DNA of 64,000 nt from an uncultured Desulfatitalea sp. GTDB taxonomy: Bacteria; Desulfobacterota; Desulfobacteria; Desulfobacterales; Desulfosarcinaceae. A program made the translations under genes and the position numbers. Position 1 is the stretch's first letter; the number at the start of each line of letters is the position of its first letter. The notes under the pieces are model-generated. The model was not told the DNA's origin. It searched no databases and saw only the letters and a program-made list of their open reading frames with translations. The stretch lies in NCBI GenBank assembly GCA_963668675.2, contig CAXXMB010000001.1, forward strand, positions 832,001-896,000, written 5' to 3'. Below are positions 1 through 9,283 of the stretch, piece after piece.

Positions 1-3000
1 AAACGGAGTGCGCTCATTGACAATCGTTTGATAGGCGTAAACAAAGCTCGACTGGCAGTAGAATGGCAAAGGAGCATGCAGCCCCTGCCAGTAGAGATCC
101 AAAAAAAGAGATAATATCTCATCGGCCCTTTCAAGCGGACCTATCTGCCATATCTCGTCCTTGCAAACCAGCGTGCTGAACCTTGCCACCTCCCGATCCT
201 CGCAGAAGTGCAACGCCATATGGGAGACAAAAAGCGCCAACAGATCCTTTCCGCGCGGCTTCCCCATCCGATAGACGATACGCCCTTGTGGATAGACCCG
301 ATCGATTTCGCCCTTTATCGAAAACGGAGTGATCTCTTTCTCGATCAGAATGGAACGCGGTGTGGTATTTGGAAGAATACCATCGAGGGTCTGCATAAAA
401 TTGAGAACCTCATCCGCTTGCTGCTCATATTGAACTCGCCCCGCAGCACCGTGGGGCAATAGATTCGTTGCCCTTGCAATGCGAAACGCCCCCTGCCTTG
501 ACACCCCCGCCGAGAACGAATGGAGCAGTTGTTGATTGAGCTGGTAACGCTCCAGTGCATTGAGTTTGAAACTCTCCCTGTCCTCCAGGGCATCCTCCTC
601 TGATCCCAACCGGATCCCCAGGCGATGCTGCATGAGGTGTTTGATCGGATGGGACCAGAATCTTCCCAGGTCGGTCCAGTCGCACTGTTGCCACTGGCGA
701 TCGGCATCCGGCAACGGATCTGAAAAGAGCGGTTGAATTGGGCTGGGGGCAAGCAATGCCTCGGCGGCATCGCAATTCGCCTTACTGTAGCTGAACAGAT
801 TCGGGGTTTCACCGCTGAAATAGGCAGTCGAGAAAGCGTGAAGCGGGTGGCGGACGACAACCTCATCTGATGAAATACCGTACCCTTCGCCAACATACTC
901 GATCAGTTCGTCGACGACCACTGATGGCGGAATGGTCGAATTATCCTGGATACTTTGACCGACATAGCTCAAGTAGAAAGTGTGCCGTGCAGAGATCAGG
1001 GTCTCCAGGAAAAGATAGCGGTCGTCGTTTCGTTTGGAACGATCTCCAGGCCGTGGCTCGGCACCAATCAGGTTGAAACCGGGTTCGCGGTTTTCGCGGG
1101 GAAAGGCGTCGTGGTTCATTCCGAGCAGGCAGATCACCTTGAAAGGAATGCTGCGCATGGGCAACATGGCGCAGAAGGTCACCCCTCCGGCCATGAAGCC
1201 ACTTTCTCGGGTTGATTGATTGAGCGTATCCTTTACATGCTGGCGAATCACCTCGAAAGAGAGCAGTGTATGATTGCTCAGATGAGACCCGGTCCGCACC
1301 ATCTCCCCTGTCTTTACCATCTGCCCTGTCCTTACCATCTGATCGATAACGGACCGCAGGGGTTGGACGTCGTGATCATCCTGCTGTTCGACCAGGAAAA
1401 AGCGATCGAAAAGGGCAAGCATCTTCGCACCCCACTCATCGAGGGTTGCACTGGCGTGGAGCATCGCATTACACTCATTCAGTGATTCGACAAACTGGGC
1501 GAACTGGCCAAGCGTCTCCCCCTCCCCTGCTACCATCTCCTCGAAAGGCAACGTTTCCTTGAAGAGGCGCCCTCGAGCCCGCGCCATACTGAAGCCGAGG
1601 AGCAGGCGGTCCAGCCCCTCCTGCCATGTGTTCTCCCTGAAACCCGGGAGCCCGTGACGTCGACGATCGGCACCGTCCCATCCCCAACGGACCCTCGTCT
1701 CTCTCACCCATCGGTGGATGACCGCCAGGTCCGCTTCACTAAGCCCAAAGCGCTTATGAACGGCCCGGTACGATAGCAGGTTCAACACCCGGGAGGACTC
1801 CAGTCTTCCGCCAACCATGTCGAGCAGTTGGACAAACGCATCGATCATCGCGTTTTCTCTCAGTATGCTTTGGTCGGCCACACTGTAGGGCAGTTGCGCC
1901 CCCATGGCATCGGAGCTTCCAAAGGCAGCATGGATAAAGGGCGCATAGGTGCCTATATCGGGAGCCATCACGAGGATCTCCCTGGGTTGAAGCCCGGGAA
2001 TGTGGTTCAGCATATCGAGCAGCTGATCGTGAAGCACCTCTATTTCACGCATCGGGCTGTGGCAGTTGTGGACACGCAGGGTGCCATCGTCCCTGACACT
2101 TGCCGTATCGGCATTTCCCTCAGTCGTTAGCGGGTCCACCAGATCGAGGATGTCTTGCTGAATTCTTCCCAGCAATTGCTCGTGCCGGTTCTCTCTGAAC
2201 GCTTCATGGTGAAGGGCCTGACACTGGTGGATAAAGTCGAAGAACTGTTTTCCCAGCGCCCCCAAAGTGGCCAGTAACCGGTTGCCGCGTTCTAGATAGA
2301 GCGCTTCGTTGCTCAGGGGAGCCCCCCCGCGGGATCGGATGCGAATCATCTGTTGATCCGAAACGATGTCCGACCAGTATTGGCGACAGGGGTTGAGCAG
2401 GAAGAGGTAAACCGGAATTCGTTGCGATAGTGCTTCGAGCACCTGTAGATGAAAAGGCGGCAGATGGGAAATACCGAAGACGGAGATTCGTGACGGTAGA
2501 TCGTCCAACTCGTAGACTGGATCGGAGAGGACTTCCACCAACCTTTTTTGAAGTGCCGATCGATGAACACCGTTCTGTTCCGACCTGAGGGCACGCCACA
2601 AGTGGGCCTGCCACCTTTGGGTCTCTGGCAGTTTTTCGATGCCTCCCCTCTCCTCCTCCCAGGCAAACAGCCAATCAGGTCGGAACACCGCATACTGGTC
2701 CAACATATCGGCCAGCTTGCGGCACAGTTGATATCGCTTTATCGGGCGGTCGTCAGTTGCCAGGTATCTGGACAGAGGATCGAAATCCTTGTGATCCAGC
2801 AACCCAGGCAGCAGGTGGAAGATGCGAAAGGTAAGCACCTGTTTTTCATAGGCGTCGGTTGCTTGGGCGGCTTCCTTCACAACGCCGCAAAGTTGTTGGA
2901 TGAATGCATTGGGAAATGGAAATTGCACATTGGCGCAGATCCCATTGGCTTGAGCAATCGCCATGGAGATCCAGCGTTGCATGCCTTTGCTCTGCACCAG

Positions 3001-3123
3001 GACGATATCCGGTTGAAAGGCATCGGCACTTCCCTTCCCGGGAGGGGTGCCCAAAACCTCAGCCAAAGCACTTGCCAGCACTTCCATGTGATTGCTGTTG
3101 ATAAGGTGCAGCCCCTTGGGCAT
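1..3123 (-). CDS. recC: Exodeoxyribonuclease V gamma subunit RecC, 3' end outside the window
   Basis: Manual translation from ATG at 3123 gives MPKGLHLINSNHMEVLA...IVLVQSKGMQRWISMAIAQANG, later GFMAGGVTFCAMLPMRSIPFKVICLLGMN and FWSHPIKHLMQHRLGI, all RecC-type motifs. I saw no in-frame stop in the stretches checked. It is probably missing from the ORF track because the frame stays open to the window edge. Confidence 0.93.
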   Translation of the reverse strand, partial: MPKGLHLINSNHMEVLASALAEVLGTPPGKGSADAFQPDIVLVQSKGMQRWISMAIAQANGICANVQFPFPNAFIQQLCGVVKEAAQATDAYEKQVLTFRIFHLLPGLLDHKDFDPLSRYLATDDRPIKRYQLCRKLADMLDQYAVFRPDWLFAWEEERGGIEKLPETQRWQAHLWRALRSEQNGVHRSALQKRLVEVLSDPVYELDDLPSRISVFGISHLPPFHLQVLEALSQRIPVYLFLLNPCRQYWSDIVSDQQMIRIRSRGGAPLSNEALYLERGNRLLATLGALGKQFFDFIHQCQALHHEAFRENRHEQLLGRIQQDILDLVDPLTTEGNADTASVRDDGTLRVHNCHSPMREIEVLHDQLLDMLNHIPGLQPREILVMAPDIGTYAPFIHAAFGSSDAMGAQLPYSVADQSILRENAMIDAFVQLLDMVGGRLESSRVLNLLSYRAVHKRFGLSEADLAVIHRWVRETRVRWGWDGADRRRHGLPGFRENTWQEGLDRLLLGFSMARARGRLFKETLPFEEMVAGEGETLGQFAQFVESLNECNAMLHASATLDEWGAKMLALFDRFFLVEQQDDHDVQPLRSVIDQMVRTGQMVKTGEMVRTGSHLSNHTLLSFEVIRQHVKDTLNQSTRESGFMAGGVTFCAMLPMRSIPFKVICLLGMNHDAFPRENREPGFNLIGAEPRPGDRSKRNDDRYLFLETLISARHTFYLSYVGQSIQDNSTIPPSVVVDELIEYVGEGYGISSDEVVVRHPLHAFSTAYFSGETPNLFSYSKANCDAAEALLAPSPIQPLFSDPLPDADRQWQQCDWTDLGRFWSHPIKHLMQHRLGIRLGSEEDALEDRESFKLNALERYQLNQQLLHSFSAGVSRQGAFRIARATNLLPHGAAGRVQYEQQADEVLNFMQTLDGILPNTTPRSILIEKEITPFSIKGEIDRVYPQGRIVYRMGKPRGKDLLALFVSHMALHFCEDREVARFSTLVCKDEIWQIGPLERADEILSLFLDLYWQGLHAPLPFYCQSSFVYAYQTIVNERTPF
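1288..1341 (-). repeat. 3 x 18-bp in-frame tandem repeat inside recC
   Basis: Encodes QMVRTG-QMVKTG-EMVRTG. Confidence 0.85.
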
Positions 3124-3159
3124 TGGACGTGGTCCTTGGTACATCGCGCGCGGATTAAC

Positions 3160-3225
3160 AAAAAGGCACCGGCTCCCATCGACGATGCTTCGTGTCGGAG
3201 GTGACGCATGACAGGTGCCGGCGCC
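3160..3225 (-). terminator. Possible intrinsic terminator after elbB
   Basis: On the minus strand, stem GGCGCCGGC...GCCGGTGCC is followed directly by TTTTT. The internal loop is long. Confidence 0.4.
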
Positions 3226-3277
3226 GGTTTGGCCATTAAAATGAGTTTTGCATCGAAACCATCACGGATCGAGACGT

Positions 3278-3934
3278 TTAAGCCAACTCAATCACTTTTT
3301 TGACCAGCTTTTCAATGCCTGCTGCAACATCCTTTACGCCGGGGCCCAGCATGTAGGCGGGTGTGGTCACAATTTTGTGGGCTTGATCCACATGGATCTG
3401 GTCCACCTGGCAGTTGACATGTTTGGCCCCCATGGATTCGATGGCTGCGGCTGTGCCAACATCGTTTCCTATGGTGACCTCGGGATTCAGGTGTCCCAGC
3501 GCCCGGGCTACAGTTGCCGGAGCAATGCACAAGGCGCCAATGGGTTTTTTAGCGGCGGTCATCTCATCGAGAACCCGTTGAACCTCGGGATTGACCTGTG
3601 CGTCTGGGCCCTTTACCGCAAAGTCGCTCAGGTTCTTGGCCGCTCCGAACCCACCCGGAATGATCAAGGCATCGAGCTGATCGGCGTGGACCGTTGCCAG
3701 ATCTTCTATGGCCCCACGTGCAATCCTTGCCGATTCGACCATAATGTTTCTCTGCTGGTCCATTTCCGATTGGTCGGTGTGATCGATCACATGCATCTGG
3801 TCGCCATTGGGAGCCATGCAGACGATCTCTGCGCCGGCTTGATCGAGAAAGAGCAGGGTGAGCACGGCCTCGTGAATTTCAGAGCCGTCAAACACACCGC
3901 AACCACACAACAACACGCCAATTTTTTTACCCAT
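3278..3934 (-). CDS. elbB: DJ-1/PfpI family glyoxalase ElbB (ES1-like)
   Basis: GCGVFDGSEIHEAV, PGGFGAAKNL, CIAP and TTPAYM motifs. Confidence 0.92.
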   Translation of the reverse strand: MGKKIGVLLCGCGVFDGSEIHEAVLTLLFLDQAGAEIVCMAPNGDQMHVIDHTDQSEMDQQRNIMVESARIARGAIEDLATVHADQLDALIIPGGFGAAKNLSDFAVKGPDAQVNPEVQRVLDEMTAAKKPIGALCIAPATVARALGHLNPEVTIGNDVGTAAAIESMGAKHVNCQVDQIHVDQAHKIVTTPAYMLGPGVKDVAAGIEKLVKKVIELA

Positions 3935-3984
3935 CGTTCATCTCCTTTAAAAATGCGTTGCGCGAATATAAAAAATTTTACGGG

Positions 3985-4368
3985 TTACCCCAATACATGT
4001 TTTTCAAGCGCAAAACAGGTGAACATCCCCTGGAATATGGTCTCCTCTCCAGCCGAAACCGACACCGCGACCCACTGCTTCTTTCCCTGCACCTCTTCAA
4101 CCTTGGCTTTTGCGCTAACCTGATCACCAACACGAACCGGCTTCAGGAACTTGACATCCGCTGCACCCAAGACGACATTGGGATGATTGACGGCGATCAT
4201 GGCAGCGTAATCGGCCAGACCAAAGATAAAACCGCCGTGGACCAAACCGGTCTGGTCCGCAATCATGGCTTGGGAAGTGTCGAGCACCACATGACTGTAA
4301 CCCTGCTTAACCTCCACTGGGCGACCGCAAAGATGGGGATCGATGGCTTGGTGGGTGATGATATCCAT
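3985..4368 (-). CDS. PaaI/hot-dog fold thioesterase
   Basis: GLVHGGFIFGLAD motif and FLKPVRVGD, 127 aa. Confidence 0.85.
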   Translation of the reverse strand: MDIITHQAIDPHLCGRPVEVKQGYSHVVLDTSQAMIADQTGLVHGGFIFGLADYAAMIAVNHPNVVLGAADVKFLKPVRVGDQVSAKAKVEEVQGKKQWVAVSVSAGEETIFQGMFTCFALEKHVLG

Positions 4369-4592
4369 TTGCGTCCTCTCTTTCTGCTAAATAGGCGGCG
4401 GTGAGCATCCGTTTTTTAAATGGAGATGGCCGGGAAAAGGGCCTAAATTCAATGGAAATCCAGTATATTCCATGCTATAAGGCCTTAAAGGCTGACGGTT
4501 CGAATTATAGGCAAAGCCGTTTGAAGAAGTCAAACACAACTCATCATGAATTTCACCACCCATCTTAGCTGTACAGGAGAATCTGCGGACCC

Positions 4593-5717
4593 ATGAAAAA
4601 GACAGATATGACTCAACACCGCCTTTCTGAAATTCGCAGTCGCATGCAGGAAAACGATCTCGATGCACTGCTGGTTCTGATCGAAGAGAACCGACGGTAT
4701 CTGAGTGGATTCACCGGTGAAGATCATCAATTCGACGAGTCCGCCGGCGCCTTGCTGATCACCAGCGGCAACCAGATACTTGCCACCGATTCGCGATTCG
4801 AGATTCAAGCGGCCAATGAGGCACCGCTGTTCGAGGTGGTGATCTATCGAAACGGTTTGGCCAAGGAGTTGAAGGTTCTGGCAGAGAAATTGGCCATCAA
4901 GCGAATGGGATTTGAAAGCAATCGGATATCCGTACAGCAGCACGCCCTTATCTATAAGGAGTTGGAGAACCTGCCCGATCCGATGGCGCTGATCCCGATG
5001 GAGGGCCTGGTCGAAGCCATGCGGGTGATCAAGTCGCGTGAAGAGATCGACAAGACGTCAAAGGCGCTATGGATGGCCGAAGATGTGTTTCGCCATGTGG
5101 TAAAAAGCCTCAAACCGGGCATGACCGAAAAGCAGGTGGCCTGGCAGATGGAAGCGGGCATGCGCACCGCAGGTGCCGACAGCCTCTCCTTCCCGGTGAT
5201 TTTGGCTGCCGGGCCCAACAGTGCCCTGCCCCATGCCATCCCGACCGATCGCGAAATCCGGATAGGTGAGCCGATCCTTTTCGACTGGGGTGTCAGGCTG
5301 AACGGTTACTGCTCCGATTCGTCCCGCACGGTGATCCTCGGCCCGCCGGACGACACCTTCCTGACTGTCTTCAATACAGTATTGGAGGCCCAACAAAAAG
5401 CCATTGCCGCCATCAAGGAGGGTGCCAGCTCCCGGTCGGTGGATGCCGTTGCACGCGATTACATCCACAACCATGGATTCGAAGGCAAATTCGGTCATGG
5501 GCTCGGCCACGGAACCGGTCTTGCGGTTCACGAGGCGCCACGCCTGAGCCCCCTAAAAGAGACAACGCTGCGCAGCGGCATGATTGTAACCGTTGAGCCG
5601 GGCATCTATCTGCCCGAATGGGGCGGTGTGCGCATCGAAAATCAGGTTGTCGTCACGGTTGATGGCGCCGATGTGCCGAGTAAATTGAGTACGGATTACC
5701 GAATCGATCAAATTTAA
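4593..5717 (+). CDS. Xaa-Pro aminopeptidase/dipeptidase (M24B)
   Basis: N-terminal creatinase-like domain (NRRYLSGFTG), then GYCSDSSRT, HGLGHG, HEAP, TVEPGIY and GVRIE metal-ligand motifs. Confidence 0.92.
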   Translation: MKKTDMTQHRLSEIRSRMQENDLDALLVLIEENRRYLSGFTGEDHQFDESAGALLITSGNQILATDSRFEIQAANEAPLFEVVIYRNGLAKELKVLAEKLAIKRMGFESNRISVQQHALIYKELENLPDPMALIPMEGLVEAMRVIKSREEIDKTSKALWMAEDVFRHVVKSLKPGMTEKQVAWQMEAGMRTAGADSLSFPVILAAGPNSALPHAIPTDREIRIGEPILFDWGVRLNGYCSDSSRTVILGPPDDTFLTVFNTVLEAQQKAIAAIKEGASSRSVDAVARDYIHNHGFEGKFGHGLGHGTGLAVHEAPRLSPLKETTLRSGMIVTVEPGIYLPEWGGVRIENQVVVTVDGADVPSKLSTDYRIDQI

Positions 5718-5763
5718 ACCAACACATTTCATAGTAGATCGCCAAACGAGGCAAACGTGGCTT

Positions 5764-6672
5764 ATGCCCAGGACTGAAACAGAGATCGGCCAATGGGTCG
5801 ACCCATACATCAACCATTTGATTGTCGAAAAGGGGTTGGCGCAAAAAACCATTGAGGCTTACAGCGCCGACCTGAACACCTTCCTGGCATTTCTCGAGAC
5901 ACAGCAGATCTCCCATATTGAAGCAGCGGACACCGCCGCAATTCTCAAGTACCTGATCGATTTAAGAAAAACGGGACGCGGCGCAAGGACAAGGGCACGC
6001 CACCTTGTCGCCATTCGGGGGTTCTATCACTTCTTAACCCAAAAAGGCGCACTTCAGCGGAACAGCGCCAAGATGGTCGATCTGCCTAAAAGTGGCTTGA
6101 AACTGCCGGATGTGCTCAGCCAGGAAGATGTTGCCCTGTTGTTGTCGATGCCCGATTTGGAAAAACCACTGGGAATGCGAGATGCAGCGATGCTGGAAAC
6201 CCTTTACGCCGCCGGTCTGCGCGTTTCCGAATTGATCAATCTGTTGGTAAACACCGTGAATCTGGAGGCCGGTTTTGTCCGCGTTGTCGGTAAAGGCAAC
6301 AAAGAGCGGATCGTGCCTATCGGCACAAAGGCGCTTGAACGCCTGCAAATCTATCTGACCCACGGCCGCCCCCTGCTGATCAAAGAGCACAGCAGTCGAT
6401 TCATGTTCGTTGCCAGAGCGGGAAAACCCATGACCCGACAGGGTTTCTGGAAATTGTTAAAGCGATACACCCTCCAGGCCGGTATCACCAAAAACGTTAC
6501 CCCTCACAGCCTGCGCCACTCTTTTGCCAGCCACCTGCTCGAAGGCGGCGCCGATCTGCGGGCCGTTCAAATGATGCTGGGGCATGTCGACATCGCCACC
6601 ACACAGATCTATACGCATGTGGCGCAACAACGCCTCATCGAGATACATCGTCAATACCACCCACGAGGCTGA
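5764..6672 (+). CDS. xerD: Site-specific tyrosine recombinase XerD
   Basis: LYAAGLRVSEL, GKGNKERIVP, TRQGFW, HSLRHSFASHLLEGGADLR, LGH, TTQIYTHV and C-terminal HPRG. Confidence 0.93.
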   Translation: MPRTETEIGQWVDPYINHLIVEKGLAQKTIEAYSADLNTFLAFLETQQISHIEAADTAAILKYLIDLRKTGRGARTRARHLVAIRGFYHFLTQKGALQRNSAKMVDLPKSGLKLPDVLSQEDVALLLSMPDLEKPLGMRDAAMLETLYAAGLRVSELINLLVNTVNLEAGFVRVVGKGNKERIVPIGTKALERLQIYLTHGRPLLIKEHSSRFMFVARAGKPMTRQGFWKLLKRYTLQAGITKNVTPHSLRHSFASHLLEGGADLRAVQMMLGHVDIATTQIYTHVAQQRLIEIHRQYHPRG

Positions 6673-6786
6673 TCGCCATAAGGCGCCATGTTTGACAGCC
6701 GTCGGGATAACGTTTATTAACGGCATTTCGATTGGAAGACATAACAGCCGCCATTCGTTCGGATAGCCAACGCATAAGGGGTTTCG

Positions 6787-8433
6787 ATGTTGTTAAAACA
6801 GGATGAAGTCATCACGACAGCCAAGTGGATCGGAAATGCCAAAGAGCTTCGTTCAGGCGTTACCGCATTCAAGGAGGCCATCGCCAATATTTGCCGCCCC
6901 ATTTTTGTTGTCGAGCATTCAGATGAAGCGGCAGTGACCCATAACGGTACCATGATCTGGGGGCAATCGACAAATTCCGAAGCCTCGGGTAAACCACTGC
7001 TCGGTTTCGCACCACCTGTTCAGCCTGCCGATCTCGGTGATCCCCTTTTCCGGCGGGATCTCAACCTGCGCTATAACTATGTGGTTGGCGCCATGGCCAA
7101 TGGCATCACCTCTATAGAAATGGTACAGGCAGCCGGTGAAGCTGGGCTGATTGGCTTTTTCGGTGCCGGAGGGCTATCCCTGGATCAGGTGGCAGCAGCC
7201 ATTGATCGTCTGGCGAAAGCTCCGTCGAAGATGCCTTATGGCTTCAATCTCATACACAGCCCCAATGATCCCCAACTTGAAGAGGCTGTGGTCGATCTTT
7301 ATATCAGTAAAGGCATCCGCCTGGTCAGCGCTTCGGCCTATTTGGGACTCACGCTTCCGCTGGTCTATTTTCGCGTCAAAGGCATTCACCAAACGTCAGA
7401 GGGGACCATTGTCTGCCCCAATCGGATTGTGGCTAAGGTGTCGCGTATCGAGGTGGCACGTAAATTTTTTGCCCCGCCGCCAGAGAAATTTTTAAACATC
7501 CTGGTCGATCAGGGTAAAATCAGTGAGCAGGAGGCACGCCTGGCATTGCGCATCCCAATGGCCCAAGACATAACAGCCGAAGCCGACTCCGGAGGCCATA
7601 CGGATAACCGCCCTGCCCTTACCCTGCTGCCGACCTTTTTGGCCCTTCGAGATGAGGCCATGCAGCTCTACCGTTTTCCGGAGCACCTGCGCGTCGGCCT
7701 GGGCGGCGGCATCGCTACACCCGAATCAACTGCCGCCGCCTTCTCCCTGGGCGCCGCCTATGTATTGACAGGCTCGATCAACCAGGCGTGTGTGGAGGCG
7801 GACACCTCCGATGCCGTCAGGGAGATGCTTGCCCAGGCGGTTCAAGCCGATGTCACCATGGCGCCATCGGCTGATATGTTTGAATTGGGAGCAAAAGTGC
7901 AGGTGCTCAAACGGGGTACCATGTTCGCCATGCGTGCCTCCAGGCTTTATGAGCTCTATCGCGGTCATGACCGCTATGAGCAGATACCGGACAGCATCCG
8001 GGCCACCATTGAAAAGGATTACCTACAAGCTTCCTTCGAAGAGAGTTGGCGCGAGACCCGCCTCTTTTTCGAGCATCGTGATCCGTCACAAATTGAGCGC
8101 GCTGAGCAAGACGAAAAGCACAAGATGGCACTGGTTTTCCGATCCTATCTGGGAAGAGCATCCCTATGGGCCAAAAACGGTGACCCGGCGCGTAAGATCG
8201 ACTATCAGATCTGGTGTGGTCCGGCCATGGGTGCCTTCAACGCCTGGGCAAAGGGCTCGTGCCTTGAGAAGCCGACCGACCGGCGTGTCGCTGAAGTGGG
8301 CATGAACCTGCTGTTTGGCGCAGCCGGATTACTGAGATGCAACTGGTTGCGGAGCCAAGGAATTAGCATACCAGCCCAGGCGGCCCTGTTTCACCCGATA
8401 CCCTTGGCTGAAATAGAACGGAGAATGGCATAG
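6787..8433 (+). CDS. pfaD: PfaD-family FMN-dependent enoyl-ACP reductase
   Basis: GAMANGI, EADSGGHTDNRP, GGGIATP, APSADMFELG.KVQVLKRG and DYQIWCGPAMGAFN. Confidence 0.93.
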   Translation: MLLKQDEVITTAKWIGNAKELRSGVTAFKEAIANICRPIFVVEHSDEAAVTHNGTMIWGQSTNSEASGKPLLGFAPPVQPADLGDPLFRRDLNLRYNYVVGAMANGITSIEMVQAAGEAGLIGFFGAGGLSLDQVAAAIDRLAKAPSKMPYGFNLIHSPNDPQLEEAVVDLYISKGIRLVSASAYLGLTLPLVYFRVKGIHQTSEGTIVCPNRIVAKVSRIEVARKFFAPPPEKFLNILVDQGKISEQEARLALRIPMAQDITAEADSGGHTDNRPALTLLPTFLALRDEAMQLYRFPEHLRVGLGGGIATPESTAAAFSLGAAYVLTGSINQACVEADTSDAVREMLAQAVQADVTMAPSADMFELGAKVQVLKRGTMFAMRASRLYELYRGHDRYEQIPDSIRATIEKDYLQASFEESWRETRLFFEHRDPSQIERAEQDEKHKMALVFRSYLGRASLWAKNGDPARKIDYQIWCGPAMGAFNAWAKGSCLEKPTDRRVAEVGMNLLFGAAGLLRCNWLRSQGISIPAQAALFHPIPLAEIERRMA

Positions 8434-8464
8434 CCTGTATGGGCATCCCTTCCACATCGCCGAA

Positions 8465-9046
8465 TCATATAAAACCGTTACGGTCCGTTACGCCCCCTTT
8501 CGATTGATCATTGGTCGATGAAAGTTTTTGTAAAAAATGTGCGTATAGGGTTGTCATTGCAATCATGAAGCCAAATATTGGAGCGATTTCGTTTGGGTTT
8601 TCCGAAGTATCGGTTCGGATCAGCGAACAGTTCTCTCGTAAAAGCTTTGTTCCGGCGGCGATGGTTTCGGTCGACACCAAGGTCCGCAGCTCATAGAAAA
8701 ACTTTTGTTGTCCCGGTTGTGGATGAATGAAAAGCAGATAAGGAGGCATCTCATCTGCACCGTTCAGTGCAGGACGGGCATGAATTTTTAAAAACCCCTG
8801 AGCCTTGAGCCAGGGCGATAGATCTGAAAGAATTGTAGCTGCGTCAGGTATGGTGAATTTCAGGGTGCCGACCAGGTAGCCTCCCAAATAGACCTTGAAG
8901 GCGTCTTTAGTGTTAAATTGGCGAGTTACACCGGATTGCATCCCGCCCAATGGATCCGGCGGTAAAAATTCTCTCACCCAACGTTTCCACTTTGCCAAAT
9001 TGATGTCTAGTTTATTGGATAACTGCCTGCTATTGTAATAGATCAT
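8465..9046 (-). CDS. Hypothetical protein with probable N-terminal MerR-like winged HTH
   Basis: YNSRQLSNKLDINLAKWKRWVREFLPP...GVTRQF resembles a MerR-type HTH plus wing. GGAG RBS upstream. Confidence 0.6.
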   Translation of the reverse strand: MIYYNSRQLSNKLDINLAKWKRWVREFLPPDPLGGMQSGVTRQFNTKDAFKVYLGGYLVGTLKFTIPDAATILSDLSPWLKAQGFLKIHARPALNGADEMPPYLLFIHPQPGQQKFFYELRTLVSTETIAAGTKLLRENCSLIRTDTSENPNEIAPIFGFMIAMTTLYAHFLQKLSSTNDQSKGGVTDRNGFI

Positions 9047-9058
9047 AAAAACTCCAGG

Positions 9059-9120
9059 TAGTCTATTTGTTATACCTACTTAACAACTAACTATTATATC
9101 GTCAAGTATTGCAAATTGAC
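9059..9120. promoter_or_regulatory. Candidate operator palindromes in the divergent promoter region of the HTH gene and pfaA
   Basis: TTGTTA-N8-TAACAA at 9067-9086 (extends imperfectly to 9059-9093) and GTCAA-N10-TTGAC at 9101-9120. Confidence 0.45.
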
Positions 9121-9283
9121 TGCCGATAGATTATGTATTCCTTTTTACGGCAACACTTTGGAGCCACCCGGACGGTCGACCCATAAATGGGGCAACCATT
9201 TTTAATCAACCCAATGCCTGGCGACACACCCACAGCTCCGCGCAGGCATATAAACAACATGTAAAATTGGCGACCTAATACGA

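Noticed and set aside
1..3236. Apparent gene-poor or pseudogene region with many short ORFs
   Set aside because: These are shadow ORFs of recC, whose minus-strand frame runs off the window edge.
5764..6672. Tyrosine recombinase as an island or prophage integrase
   Set aside because: It has housekeeping XerD signatures and follows a peptidase gene. No att repeats, tRNA or phage genes were seen.
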